Positions 1 to 9,671 of a stretch of DNA of 64,000 nt are shown in pieces (position 1 is the stretch's first letter; each line of letters starts with the position of its first letter). Below the pieces are notes generated by a model, which had not been told where the DNA came from, did not search any database, and saw nothing but the letters and a program-made list of their open reading frames with translations. The stretch comes from Candidatus Woesearchaeota archaeon (GTDB lineage Archaea; Nanobdellota; Nanobdellia; Woesearchaeales; GW2011-AR15): the NCBI GenBank assembly GCA_016935095.1, contig JAFGRO010000021.1, forward strand, positions 916 through 64,915. The letters run 5' to 3'. Made by a program: the position numbers and the translations under genes.

Positions 1-1461
1 GGATATTCTAAAGATTCTTTTTCTAATTGGGTAGAGAAAAAGACGAAAGACATAGCAAGAATAAGTGGTGCTATTGGATTATCAGCAATGTTCGGTATAT
101 GGTCTAATGAAAGTTTAGTGCCTAATAATAAATTTATTATTAAAGAAAAACGTAAGAAGAAAGAAATAGATTTTATTGAAGCAAATGAGAAATTCAAAGA
201 CATTAAAAAAACAATACTCAAAATAATTGAATTTGGTAAAGAAGAAAACTTTAAAGAAATTGATGACTTACCCTATCTCTGGCACATTGCAAAATCAAAA
301 ATACTCTTCTTGTATTATCCAAATCTAACCACTTCTATCATGAAGAAAGATCATATATTATCAGTTTGCGATTACATAGGTGTAAAATACAGTCCTAAAT
401 ATCCAATAGAAGCAAACAATAAGCTACTAAGAACTATAAGAGAGATAGATTATTTTAAAGAATGGGATGGTTGGAAAATTGGCTCACTTTTCTATTGGGA
501 TAAAGAATTAAACCTCAAATCAAAAGAGGAATCTACTGAAAGAAATTATTATATATTAGGTTCTAAATACGGACAATACCATCAAAGAGATATTTTCCCA
601 TTAATGGTTAAAAAAAGTGCTTTAGGAATTGGTTTTTGTTGGAAACAAGATCTAACTCCTTTTGTAAATACATCAAAAGGAAAATTAGATACTTTTCTCA
701 GAAATAAGGGATATGAGTCTAATGATATCACATCAATAAAACATTTTTTGAGTATGAAAGAAGGAGATTTAGTCGCCATTAAAAGTTCAGGTGCTCCAAT
801 TGGGACAGAACCAAGATTAGCTATAAAGGCGTATGCTATTGTAAAAAAGAAAGGGGGTATCTTATATGAACATGACCCGGATAGAAGTACAGGTTTAGGT
901 CATTTAATGCATGCTGAATTTATTGAAAAAGACTTTACTAAAGAATTAAAGTTAGGTGGGTATGGTAAAGCAATTCACAAATTATCCAAAGTGGAGCATA
1001 TCAAAAAAATTTTTGGAGCATTTTATGAACCCGAACGCTTTGTAAAAAAATCAAGTGGTGTTACAACAAAAAATACAAATTCACAAATTAGAACAATAAA
1101 CTCTAGTCAGATTATTGTTGAAGCTGTTCATAACAAAATTCAAGAGAAATATTATAACATTTTGGTTAATAAATATGGTCAAAAAAATGTAAAAATGGAA
1201 AAAAATTATGTTGATATAACCCTAAATGTTGGAGATAAAACAGTATATTTTGAAGTTAAACCCTTTTTGTCAATAATAAGTTGTATTCAAGAAGCAACAG
1301 GTCAATTATTAAGATACTTATGGCAAGCAAATGCAGATCCTAATTTAAGTAAAATTATTGTTGTGGGACAATCTCAACCGAATGATAACGATAAAACTTA
1401 TATAGAGTACATGAAAAATAATCTAAAATTAGAATTTGAATATGTCTGGATATCTATTTAA
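1..1461 (+). CDS. Putative restriction-type nuclease, 5'-truncated: McrB-N-terminal-like region plus C-terminal PD-(D/E)XK-like domain
   Basis: The frame is open from base 1 (GYSKDSFSNWVEKKTKDIARISGAIGLSAMFGIW), so the real start lies upstream of the window. The C-terminus has HNKIQ...VDI...FEVK...EATGQLLRY, typical of PD-(D/E)XK nucleases. Confidence 0.5.
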   Translation, partial: GYSKDSFSNWVEKKTKDIARISGAIGLSAMFGIWSNESLVPNNKFIIKEKRKKKEIDFIEANEKFKDIKKTILKIIEFGKEENFKEIDDLPYLWHIAKSKILFLYYPNLTTSIMKKDHILSVCDYIGVKYSPKYPIEANNKLLRTIREIDYFKEWDGWKIGSLFYWDKELNLKSKEESTERNYYILGSKYGQYHQRDIFPLMVKKSALGIGFCWKQDLTPFVNTSKGKLDTFLRNKGYESNDITSIKHFLSMKEGDLVAIKSSGAPIGTEPRLAIKAYAIVKKKGGILYEHDPDRSTGLGHLMHAEFIEKDFTKELKLGGYGKAIHKLSKVEHIKKIFGAFYEPERFVKKSSGVTTKNTNSQIRTINSSQIIVEAVHNKIQEKYYNILVNKYGQKNVKMEKNYVDITLNVGDKTVYFEVKPFLSIISCIQEATGQLLRYLWQANADPNLSKIIVVGQSQPNDNDKTYIEYMKNNLKLEFEYVWISI

Positions 1462-1521
1462 GGATGATTTTTTCTCTAGATATTTTTATATACGGAACTC
1501 CTCCCAGTCCTGCGGACATGT

Positions 1522-2499
1522 TCAATCAGCATGCAATTCGCTACAAATATCAGAAACTTGATCTGAGAATAATGAATGTTTACAATTTAGAATGTAAGGT
1601 ATTAGATTGTTTATTCTACAAACTTTTACATATTGGAAGTCTGGATTGTAATTAATATTTCCTTGAACACTTACCAAAACTTTCTTTATTGGTAATTTGA
1701 AATCAAAACAATTATTTAGTACAACATATAATAGTAGTCCAGCCCTATCTATTTGTTCATGTGGTTCAAAATCTCTCTCTCTATTTGCAAATTCTTTACT
1801 CCAATTTTTTACTTCAAGCGGAAAAATTCCTGTTGGACCAATAACTAAAAAATCAATTTGAGAAGATCTAGCTTTCTGATTTCTTCTATATCTTACTGCT
1901 CTAGATAATTTAATTTTATAATCACAGAAAACATGGTATTTATCACTAAGATTCATAAGTTCTTTGAGTACTTTTCTCTCACCATATGTCCCTGAATAAT
2001 CACTTGATGTTTTTATTATATCATAAGTTTGTTTCATGTGAATTAATTCTTTATTTTCTCTTGAGAATACCTTTTCTGGACTAGTATCTAATTCTTTTAT
2101 TACTTGCCCCTTTTTATTGATTTGATGGTTCATATGCATATTAGTATGAATTTTCTTAACATGTTCTGCAACAATTCCTAATGTATTTCTTGTTCCAACA
2201 TTTATTTTTTTGAAAATTGATTTTTCATTCTTGAGATCAGAAATTTTTTGTTTTTTTTCTTTAATTGTTTTTTCATGTTTGGTTATTCTATCTCTCTTTG
2301 TTTTCTCAATAGCTTTTAGTTCATCACAGTGATTAGAAATTCTAGACGGCAATTCATTTGTGAATTGTTTCTTTTTCTTTCTAAATTTTTGAGAATATTC
2401 TTTACTCTTTTTATCTACATCATCAAAAGAACTAATATAATCAGAATGGTAATCTACTAATCTTTTTTCTGTTTCAATAGTTCCATAGATAATTGCCAT
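1522..2499 (-). CDS. NERD (nuclease-related domain) protein with N-terminal coiled coil
   Basis: G.YGE..V, QIDFLVIGPTGIFPLEVKNW and P..Q motifs match NERD; the N-half is Lys/Glu-rich and helical. Confidence 0.75.
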   Translation of the reverse strand: MAIIYGTIETEKRLVDYHSDYISSFDDVDKKSKEYSQKFRKKKKQFTNELPSRISNHCDELKAIEKTKRDRITKHEKTIKEKKQKISDLKNEKSIFKKINVGTRNTLGIVAEHVKKIHTNMHMNHQINKKGQVIKELDTSPEKVFSRENKELIHMKQTYDIIKTSSDYSGTYGERKVLKELMNLSDKYHVFCDYKIKLSRAVRYRRNQKARSSQIDFLVIGPTGIFPLEVKNWSKEFANRERDFEPHEQIDRAGLLLYVVLNNCFDFKLPIKKVLVSVQGNINYNPDFQYVKVCRINNLIPYILNCKHSLFSDQVSDICSELHAD

Positions 2500-3050
2500 T
2501 ATACTTCTTTAAAGAATTTGACTGCAAAATCACAAAATTGTTTTATAACCTCTTTATCCAATTCGAACTCTTTTCTATTGCCTAAGTAATTTTTACTGGT
2601 TGGAGTTACTTTTTTTCCTTCCTCGAGTTCTTTATATGAAATACATTTTATATGTTTTTTTGATACAATAATAAAAATTGCATTTTCATAAGGATAATTT
2701 CTCAATGAGTCATCATTAATATCAAAATATTCTTTTGCTCTAAATTTAACTTCAATAAAATAGACTTCATTAGTTTTAGGATGTTGTACAACGAAATCAG
2801 GCATTCTTCTAATTTCTTTAGCAACTTCCCCTCTTACACCTTTAAGAAGCTTCATGATACCTGGAACAGTATTTTCCATCCCATATCTAAAAACATTGAA
2901 TTCAAGAGATAAAAATAATTCTTCAATAAGTGTTTCAGCTATTCTTCCTTTTATCATACTCTCTTTGTACTTGGAGTCTTTTTTCGATAATCCAGAATTA
3001 AAATTTTCATTAGAAATTGGCTTCTTTTTATGATAATAGAATTTTTTCAT
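2499..3050 (-). CDS. PD-(D/E)XK superfamily nuclease (YraN/Hjc-like)
   Basis: KGRIAE..IEELF, PDFVV and FIEVKFR motifs; the stop overlaps the start of the NERD gene. Confidence 0.7.
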   Translation of the reverse strand: MKKFYYHKKKPISNENFNSGLSKKDSKYKESMIKGRIAETLIEELFLSLEFNVFRYGMENTVPGIMKLLKGVRGEVAKEIRRMPDFVVQHPKTNEVYFIEVKFRAKEYFDINDDSLRNYPYENAIFIIVSKKHIKCISYKELEEGKKVTPTSKNYLGNRKEFELDKEVIKQFCDFAVKFFKEV

Positions 3051-3146
3051 ATTAATTGGTATTTAATTGAATAATAAATATTTTTTTATTACAAGACATT
3101 CCCTCTAAGAACTGCACTCTCTCCCCCCCTCTCCTCATAATAACCC

Positions 3147-4934
3147 CTATATCTCCGGCTGGTTCATCTCTAAGAATACTATGAAAAGGACATTTAGCAT
3201 TGGTATTACAAGGTATGTGCCGATTGTGATTATAACATTAATATCTATGCCGCCGACATTCCCGCCGAGCATGCTCACTAAAGAGAGCGCTGTCACAAAA
3301 AATAAAGGAGCGGCTATCAGTACGCCTGTATAAATATCAGAGTATGTGGAAATTGACTCAACGTATTTCTGCCTTTCGAGCCTGTAATGGAGCAGTGCCT
3401 CTTTTGATTTCTGCTCCAGGTAATTTTTAATGTCGCCGCCAGTCTCAATAGTGGATACAAACCCGTCCAGGAATTCTTTAAATTCAGAAGAAGGCGTAGT
3501 AACAGATATTGCCCTTATGGCAGTAAGCGCATCATAACCGAAAACCTCAATGTAATTTGAGATTTTCTCCATCTCGACAGAGATCTGCCCGTATTCTTTT
3601 GAAGCTGACAACAGCTTGAACATTGTTGTGGGAGGGACGCCTGATGCAATCACAGAGGACATATGGTCTATTGCAAAAGGAAGATTTGTATTTATTGATC
3701 TCCTCCTGTTTTTAATTTCCATAAAAGGATAATAGAACAGCCCTGCAAAGAGCATCACACTAAGCAACATTGAAAATAACAGTGATTTAAGAATAATTAA
3801 AGGGGTTGCATTTCCCTGTATTGCAAAGAATAATGCAAAAACCGGAATTGTCACTATAAATGAGAATATTGTCAGTAAAAACATGATGTTAATATATGTG
3901 TTTGACAGTATTTTGAAATTCGCATATCTCAATGCCAGATACAGTTTTTTAAAGACATTCGGGAATTTCTCAATAAAATAGATACTTATTTTTCTTACTG
4001 TAATATTTGCCAGATACCCCAAAGAAGAAGGTTCGTATATCTTGGTTTTTTTCATAGATATTAACTCTTTTATTTCTTTAACCTCTTTTTCCAGGAGATA
4101 AGGATCAAGCACAGCCTTAACATCCTCTTCCATTATATTCCCGACTTCTTGCTGTTTATAGGTGAAGATAGAAGGCATAACACTTGTCTTATCTGAAATA
4201 AATTCTTTGTCAGGCTTCTTTTTCCCAAGTAAATATTTTAAAAAATCTTTGCTTAGAACACCGCCGACTTTAACCTGGTCTTCGCTTGAGATCTTATCTA
4301 GAATCGGTTTTTCCTTGGACTGGAAAGCATATGCCAGATTCCGTAAAAAGCCCAGTTTCCTGGGGGGCGGCACAGGCAGTTTTTCTGCAGGCTCAGGCCT
4401 GGGAATCTCAAGGCTATACCTGTCTGCTATTTTAATGAGGGCTAGTTCATGCTCAGGCTTTTCCAGGGCAACAGGCTTAAATGCCTGCTCTTTTTTTTCA
4501 GGTGCTTTTTTAAGAAACTGGCCTGGAAGGCCGGGAAGTTCTTCTTTTACCCTGTATATATTAACACTATCAACTCCAGGAAGTTTTTTGACTTTATAGG
4601 CCTTTTTAAGAAGAATCTTCTTATTAATTTTTAAATTGCGGTATGAATTGTCATTATATACAAGGGAGAGCAGCTTTGTATTTAAGCTGTCTGCTTTCTT
4701 AAGCAGGGTGTCTATGTATGAATTATAATATTCCATACATTCCGATTTACTTTTGTTTAATAAGAGCTCATTTTTCAGATTCATGTAAGTCCTGTAATTA
4801 AAATCCCCTCGTTGATACTGCCTGTCAAGAAGTTTAAGGTTGTTTATTAATTCCTGCTTATAATAATCATATGTCTTTATCTCCTGAATAAAACTTTTTA
4901 ACTCATTGCAGTCTTGTTTAATATCCTTTATCAT
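3147..4934 (-). CDS. Type IV pilus / type II secretion system F platform membrane protein (TadC/ArlJ-like) with long soluble N-terminal extension
   Basis: C-half has NLPFAIDHMSSVIASGVPP...FGYD...TPS..F..FL.G...I.TGG and TM helices. Start placed at ATG 4934 (MIKDIK) to avoid overlap with the upstream small ORF. Confidence 0.85.
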   Translation of the reverse strand: MIKDIKQDCNELKSFIQEIKTYDYYKQELINNLKLLDRQYQRGDFNYRTYMNLKNELLLNKSKSECMEYYNSYIDTLLKKADSLNTKLLSLVYNDNSYRNLKINKKILLKKAYKVKKLPGVDSVNIYRVKEELPGLPGQFLKKAPEKKEQAFKPVALEKPEHELALIKIADRYSLEIPRPEPAEKLPVPPPRKLGFLRNLAYAFQSKEKPILDKISSEDQVKVGGVLSKDFLKYLLGKKKPDKEFISDKTSVMPSIFTYKQQEVGNIMEEDVKAVLDPYLLEKEVKEIKELISMKKTKIYEPSSLGYLANITVRKISIYFIEKFPNVFKKLYLALRYANFKILSNTYINIMFLLTIFSFIVTIPVFALFFAIQGNATPLIILKSLLFSMLLSVMLFAGLFYYPFMEIKNRRRSINTNLPFAIDHMSSVIASGVPPTTMFKLLSASKEYGQISVEMEKISNYIEVFGYDALTAIRAISVTTPSSEFKEFLDGFVSTIETGGDIKNYLEQKSKEALLHYRLERQKYVESISTYSDIYTGVLIAAPLFFVTALSLVSMLGGNVGGIDINVIITIGTYLVIPMLNVLFIVFLEMNQPEI

Positions 4935-4941
4935 TTTCAAT

Positions 4942-5145
4942 TCAAGAATAAAACTGTATTTTTTCCAGCACTTTATGCATTTCATAAATCAGTTTAAGAA
5001 TTTCCTGCTTGGCAACCCTGGCCTTTGTCCTGGTAATATCCAGTTCTTCTTTTGTTGAAATATCTTTATTCAGGATGTCCTTATAAAGATCTGACAATAA
5101 CTGGATTTTTTTGATTTTGTCTTCAATATAATTTAATTCTTTCAT
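4942..5145 (-). CDS. Small helical/coiled-coil hypothetical protein in pilus operon
   Basis: 67 aa; 4-nt ATGA overlap with the ATPase stop; fills the gap to the platform gene. Confidence 0.6.
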   Translation of the reverse strand: MKELNYIEDKIKKIQLLSDLYKDILNKDISTKEELDITRTKARVAKQEILKLIYEMHKVLEKIQFYS

Positions 5146-6692
5146 ATTAATCCAAACTTCTGCAAAATCTTATTCTTATTTAAGTAGTATTCTTTAAAAA
5201 TTTCATTGATCTGTTTAAAGTCCTTGACTTTCATCTGGGCAAGTTTGTTCAATAGATCCGTCCTGGTCTGAAGCTCCTTGTTCAGCTCTTCAATATTTGC
5301 CCCTGAATCCTTGGAAATTTTTTCAAGAATAGTCAATTTTGATTTTTGTATTATAGTATCGGATACAGGATCCCATTCAAAGGGTATATTGACCTGGACT
5401 TTACCGAGTTCTTTTTCCTTTGCTTTTATCTCAACAAGCTGCTTTACTCTTCTTATATTTTTGTCTGCCTCTTTTACATGTGCCATCACACAAACCACAT
5501 CAAGAGATTCAATTAAGCTCGGAGAGAGATTTATAGGGGGTGTTTCTAACCTTCGGATTAATGTTTCAACAGAGCCTGCATGAAAAGTCCCGAATGAAGC
5601 ATGGCCTGAAGCCATTCCCTGGAAGAGGACATACGCTTCTTTGCCGCGAATCTCTCCCACAATCACATAATCCGGATTTTGCCTGAAGCTTTCTTTAAGA
5701 AGATCAAAAAGCGTAATCTCGCCATATTCTTTTCCCATTAAATTAGGAATCCCGAAACCAGTCCTGGTAACTGACGGCATCCAGTTATCATGGGTAAGGT
5801 TTAATTCACGTGTATCCTCTATAGAGCAGACTCTTGCTTCAGGAGGAATAAAACTTAAAATACTGTTTAAGAAAGTTGTTTTCCCGGATGCAGTCTCGCC
5901 GATTATCATAAAGTTTCTCCTGTGCTCAATAGCCAGCCATATATATGCAAATAACTTAGCAGGGGCTGTTTCAGCAGTAATCAAATGAACAGGTGTCCAT
6001 GGCTCACGGGTGAATTTACGGATTGTAAAAGTCGGACCCCTGGTTGTAACATCAGGGGAATATGTTGCATTAACTCTGCTGCCGTCAGGCAAAGTCCCGT
6101 CCAATAAAGGTTTTGCATATGAAACGTATCTCCCTGTTTTCTGGGCGATTTTTTCAACAAAATCAGTAAGTTCCTGCAGGTCTTTGTAGATTATGTTTGT
6201 TTTCAGGTTTTCATATTTCCTGTGGACAAGATAGATCGGGAAATCCAGGCCGTTGCATTCAATGTCCTCAATATAATAATCGTGGAGCAAAGGCTCAATC
6301 CTGTTCAGGCCGACTGAATTCCTGAAGATATAATACATTAATTTTAAATAAGTGTCCTGGGAAACCTTTGTGCCAAGCTCAATTAAGATTGACTGGACAT
6401 TCTTTTCCAGATAATTTATAACCAGGTTGAATTTATTAACGCCGCTATAACTTATATTTATCATCTCTTCCAATGCAAGAAGAACAAGTCTCAGAATCTC
6501 ATTTTCCTCCGGAGTCAGACTAGGCTCTTCAACTTCATATTTTAATTCATCATTATCCCAGAATATATGCGCATAAGCATATGGTTTAATCAAGGGATAC
6601 CTTATATTTATTGAAGTCCTGTCCTTAATATCCGGCAGTTCTATTATTTCCGGCCTGGTATCAATCTGAAAAATCGGCTTTTGCTCTGGCAT
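5142..6692 (-). CDS. Type II/IV secretion-pilus assembly ATPase (VirB11/TadA/ArlI family)
   Basis: Walker A GETASGKT, IEDTREL, RQNPDYVIVGEIRG and GH...TFHA motifs. Confidence 0.95.
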   Translation of the reverse strand: MPEQKPIFQIDTRPEIIELPDIKDRTSINIRYPLIKPYAYAHIFWDNDELKYEVEEPSLTPEENEILRLVLLALEEMINISYSGVNKFNLVINYLEKNVQSILIELGTKVSQDTYLKLMYYIFRNSVGLNRIEPLLHDYYIEDIECNGLDFPIYLVHRKYENLKTNIIYKDLQELTDFVEKIAQKTGRYVSYAKPLLDGTLPDGSRVNATYSPDVTTRGPTFTIRKFTREPWTPVHLITAETAPAKLFAYIWLAIEHRRNFMIIGETASGKTTFLNSILSFIPPEARVCSIEDTRELNLTHDNWMPSVTRTGFGIPNLMGKEYGEITLFDLLKESFRQNPDYVIVGEIRGKEAYVLFQGMASGHASFGTFHAGSVETLIRRLETPPINLSPSLIESLDVVCVMAHVKEADKNIRRVKQLVEIKAKEKELGKVQVNIPFEWDPVSDTIIQKSKLTILEKISKDSGANIEELNKELQTRTDLLNKLAQMKVKDFKQINEIFKEYYLNKNKILQKFGLI

Positions 6693-6781
6693 AGTCTCCC
6701 CTTTTTTATAATTGCATTAAGAATCTAATAAGTATTTAATATTTTCGGAATGAAAAAAATAATATTTAAAGAATAATTTAT

Positions 6782-7510
6782 CTATTTCGGTTCAAAATTT
6801 TTTACTTTGGTTATCAGGAAATCTGCATAGCTCTCAAGAATAAATTCAAGGTCATACTCTGCAAAACTGGAATTTATGTGTGCAATCACTTTAGCCCTGC
6901 CAAGATTTGTATTATTGCCAGAGGGAACAAGTTCTGTATAGCCTTTTCCATAAGAAGAATCCTCAATTCCGTTTATGCTAAAAAAAAATGTTCCGTTTAA
7001 TTCATTATCATTAAAACTAATTGAATCAATTAAACCAGAGGTGTTTATTTCCTGCCAGCTGGATTCAGTCCCTATCTTATTAATTTTAGCAGAAAAAGAA
7101 TCATCTTCAATAGTTGTTTTTAAGATATAGATCTCATCGGTTTCAGTTGTCTGGACATTGGCATTGCTTGTTATAATCAAGTTCCCGAATCTCTGGCTGG
7201 TTCTCGGATCAACAATCCTATTGTCTGTTTCAAATTCCCAGTTAATCTGATTCTCTGCAATAATGAGCTTGCCCTCCTTGATTTCAAGATTTACTATCCT
7301 TTGTGCGCCTTCTCCTTCACTGGCGACTTCATTTATATGCTCATCTAAATTCAGAAGTGCGTCTTTGGTTTTTGAAAAGGTTGTTGTGTCCTTTAATCTT
7401 TCAAGAATCGGAATTCCCGCTTCAAGAATCAGAACTAATGCGATTGTCGCAACTAAAGTATATAAAATCGCAGATACCCATACCTGTGATTTTCTTTTAA
7501 TTTTTTCCAC
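6782..7510 (-). CDS. Pilin-like protein with class III signal peptide
   Basis: KRKS|QVWVSAILYTLVATIALVLIL. Start uncertain (GTG 7528, GTG 7510 or ATT 7501); the ORF-track start at 7576 overlaps the upstream pilin. Confidence 0.75.
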   Translation of the reverse strand: MEKIKRKSQVWVSAILYTLVATIALVLILEAGIPILERLKDTTTFSKTKDALLNLDEHINEVASEGEGAQRIVNLEIKEGKLIIAENQINWEFETDNRIVDPRTSQRFGNLIITSNANVQTTETDEIYILKTTIEDDSFSAKINKIGTESSWQEINTSGLIDSISFNDNELNGTFFFSINGIEDSSYGKGYTELVPSGNNTNLGRAKVIAHINSSFAEYDLEFILESYADFLITKVKNFEPK

Positions 7511-7520
7511 CTCAAATTTA

Positions 7521-8051
7521 TCACTCACACTCAAAAACTTCCTCAATGTCGAGATTATTATTTGAACATAAAACACCCTGGGATGAGCCGGGTATTTTTA
7601 TTTTGGGGATAAGACTTGCAAAACTAATGCCTGAAAAATCTGACCTTGCGCCTAAATTAAATTCATATTTTTGTGCAAAGCCAGAAGATACTTTAGTATT
7701 GTCATCATAATTACTGACATCACCGTCTGCTTCCACCAACTGGACTTTTATCCCTATTATTTCCTCATTGCCTATATTATCAACAATCATCCTTAAAGTG
7801 GCATTAGTCCCAGTATTATTAATAAAGCAAACCTGATCATAGCCATTAATCTCAACCCAGTCAAGAAGTATATCAAGAGAGCATCTCATCTGTTTTGAAC
7901 TTTCTCCCTCAACACTTTCTGTCTGTGATGTTATAAAAGACCTGCCCCAGCTCATTACCACTGCTCCCAGGGCAACAGAAAATGCTATTAAAAGTACTGT
8001 AGCAATCAGAGGAGAAACCCCTTTTTTAATTTTAAAAAGTCTTCTAAACAT
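7521..8051 (-). CDS. Archaeal type IV pilin (archaellin/pilin N-terminal motif)
   Basis: KKG|VSPLIATVLLIAFSVALGAVV; GAGGTG Shine-Dalgarno upstream. Confidence 0.9.
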   Translation of the reverse strand: MFRRLFKIKKGVSPLIATVLLIAFSVALGAVVMSWGRSFITSQTESVEGESSKQMRCSLDILLDWVEINGYDQVCFINNTGTNATLRMIVDNIGNEEIIGIKVQLVEADGDVSNYDDNTKVSSGFAQKYEFNLGARSDFSGISFASLIPKIKIPGSSQGVLCSNNNLDIEEVFECE

Positions 8052-8082
8052 AACTTATTTCACCTCTTTATTTAAAATGAAG

Positions 8083-8643
8083 TCAAGATTCACATTCATT
8101 TAATTCAGCAATTTCCAGTTTAGTATTAGTGCATAATATATCTTCAGGCGAGCCCGGCACATCTATTTTCGGAATTACACCAATATAATTTATTCCTGAA
8201 AAAGAATCAATGCTTTCTAAACCAAATTCATATTTCCTTGCATTGCCTTCTAATAAGTTTGTATTATTTTCTATATTCAAAACATCTCCGTCCTTTTCTA
8301 TAACCTGTACTTTTATTCCTGAAATTTCCTTGGCACCGATATTACTTATCACCATTCTTAAAGTTGCATTGGGACCTACAAGGGAATCATTAATATAGCA
8401 TACCTGAGCAATGTTATTTGATTTAATCCAGGAAAGACTCACATCCAAGGCACAGCTGGTTTGTTTGGAAGTCTCGCTTTCGACATTCTCTGTCTGTGAT
8501 GTTATAAATCCGCGGCCCCATGTCATGAGGATTGCACCCAAAGCTACAGTAAAAGCAATCACCAAGACTACTGCAATAAGTGGGGAAACTGATTTTTTGT
8601 TATTAATTCTCTTTTTTATCAAGCTCTTCACCTTTTTTAACAT
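8083..8643 (-). CDS. Archaeal type IV pilin, paralog of 7521..8051
   Basis: KKS|VSPLIAVVLVIAFTVALGAIL; shares GR.FITSQTE.VE.E.SKQ..C, NATLRM and four Cys with its neighbour. Confidence 0.9.
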   Translation of the reverse strand: MLKKVKSLIKKRINNKKSVSPLIAVVLVIAFTVALGAILMTWGRGFITSQTENVESETSKQTSCALDVSLSWIKSNNIAQVCYINDSLVGPNATLRMVISNIGAKEISGIKVQVIEKDGDVLNIENNTNLLEGNARKYEFGLESIDSFSGINYIGVIPKIDVPGSPEDILCTNTKLEIAELNECES

Positions 8644-9098
8644 TGAGCAATATCTTCTTTTTCAACTGATTGTTCCTGGCAAAATATCTCCTGTCCCTCC
8701 TTTTTTACAATGGGCGTTATTTTCACATTGCTCAATGTTCCTTGTTTCAATATATCAAAATCAATTTCTGTTTCATCAGGATACAGGCTAATTTCTTTTT
8801 CTTTTGACTCTGAATTCCCATATAAATCTATTAATCTAAAGTGTAGCTTTTCTATTTTTATATTCTGTGTATTAGTAATATTAATATATAAAATTTGTGA
8901 ATTTTGACATATTTCGTCAACATTAAATGAAACTCCCACGCAAAAAGATTCATCTGTCCTTTTTTCCAGGTCTTCACTGGATTTTTTTACCTGGGAAAGA
9001 GTCCAGTTATACATAAGCACTCCCAATAATATTACCAAAGCTATAATCATTACCCAGCTCACATATACCGAAATCCCCTTTTTTGTTATTTTTTTCAT
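8637..9098 (-). CDS. Archaeal type IV pilin-like protein
   Basis: MKKITKKG|ISVYVSWVMIIALVILLGVLM; ATG 9098 preferred over TTG 9110. Confidence 0.85.
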   Translation of the reverse strand: MKKITKKGISVYVSWVMIIALVILLGVLMYNWTLSQVKKSSEDLEKRTDESFCVGVSFNVDEICQNSQILYINITNTQNIKIEKLHFRLIDLYGNSESKEKEISLYPDETEIDFDILKQGTLSNVKITPIVKKEGQEIFCQEQSVEKEDIAQC

Positions 9099-9145
9099 GG
9101 TGAAAACCAATTATTTTAAATGAATGTAAGCGCACTGTCTAAAAA

Positions 9146-9658
9146 TCATTGGTCCCTGAACAAAAATTCTAATTTGATATTTTCCCCGGATGACACATTA
9201 AAGTAATATTCCTGGTCATCTATTTCCAATGTAAAATTATTTCCCAGATTTATTATTTTTTCAGTGTCCGGAGGCACTGAATAAACAAAATCAACGTTTG
9301 CCTCTGAGTTTAAATAATTTACTATTATTGCTTCATTATCAGGATATATTAAAACATATAAAATGCCCAGCTCTACATTTTTTGAGTCAGCGTATTCGAT
9401 AAAATCCAATGTGAAATTTTTAAATTGTTCAGATATATCTCTACTTTCATAGATAGCGCTGTTTATTACTTCAGAGCTTTCAATAAGATAATTTTCATAA
9501 AAAGACTGGAATTTTTTTGAGGGCTCTTCTACAGTTATTTTATTAACAGTCCCGACAAACACCACACTACACAAAATAATAGCAGCAAATATATAAAACT
9601 GGGCTCGTTTATCCATATTTCCAAACTCTTTGTCAAAAGGATTTAAAGGAATTTTCAT
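9146..9658 (-). CDS. Minor pilin-like protein with class III signal peptide
   Basis: DKRA|QFYIFAAIILCSVVFV. Confidence 0.7.
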   Translation of the reverse strand: MKIPLNPFDKEFGNMDKRAQFYIFAAIILCSVVFVGTVNKITVEEPSKKFQSFYENYLIESSEVINSAIYESRDISEQFKNFTLDFIEYADSKNVELGILYVLIYPDNEAIIVNYLNSEANVDFVYSVPPDTEKIINLGNNFTLEIDDQEYYFNVSSGENIKLEFLFRDQ

Positions 9659-9671
9659 TTAAATTTATTAT

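Noticed and set aside
3147-9658. Archaellum (motility) operon
   Set aside because: No ArlH (KaiC-like) or ArlF/G-like genes are visible, so it is called a type IV pilus locus.
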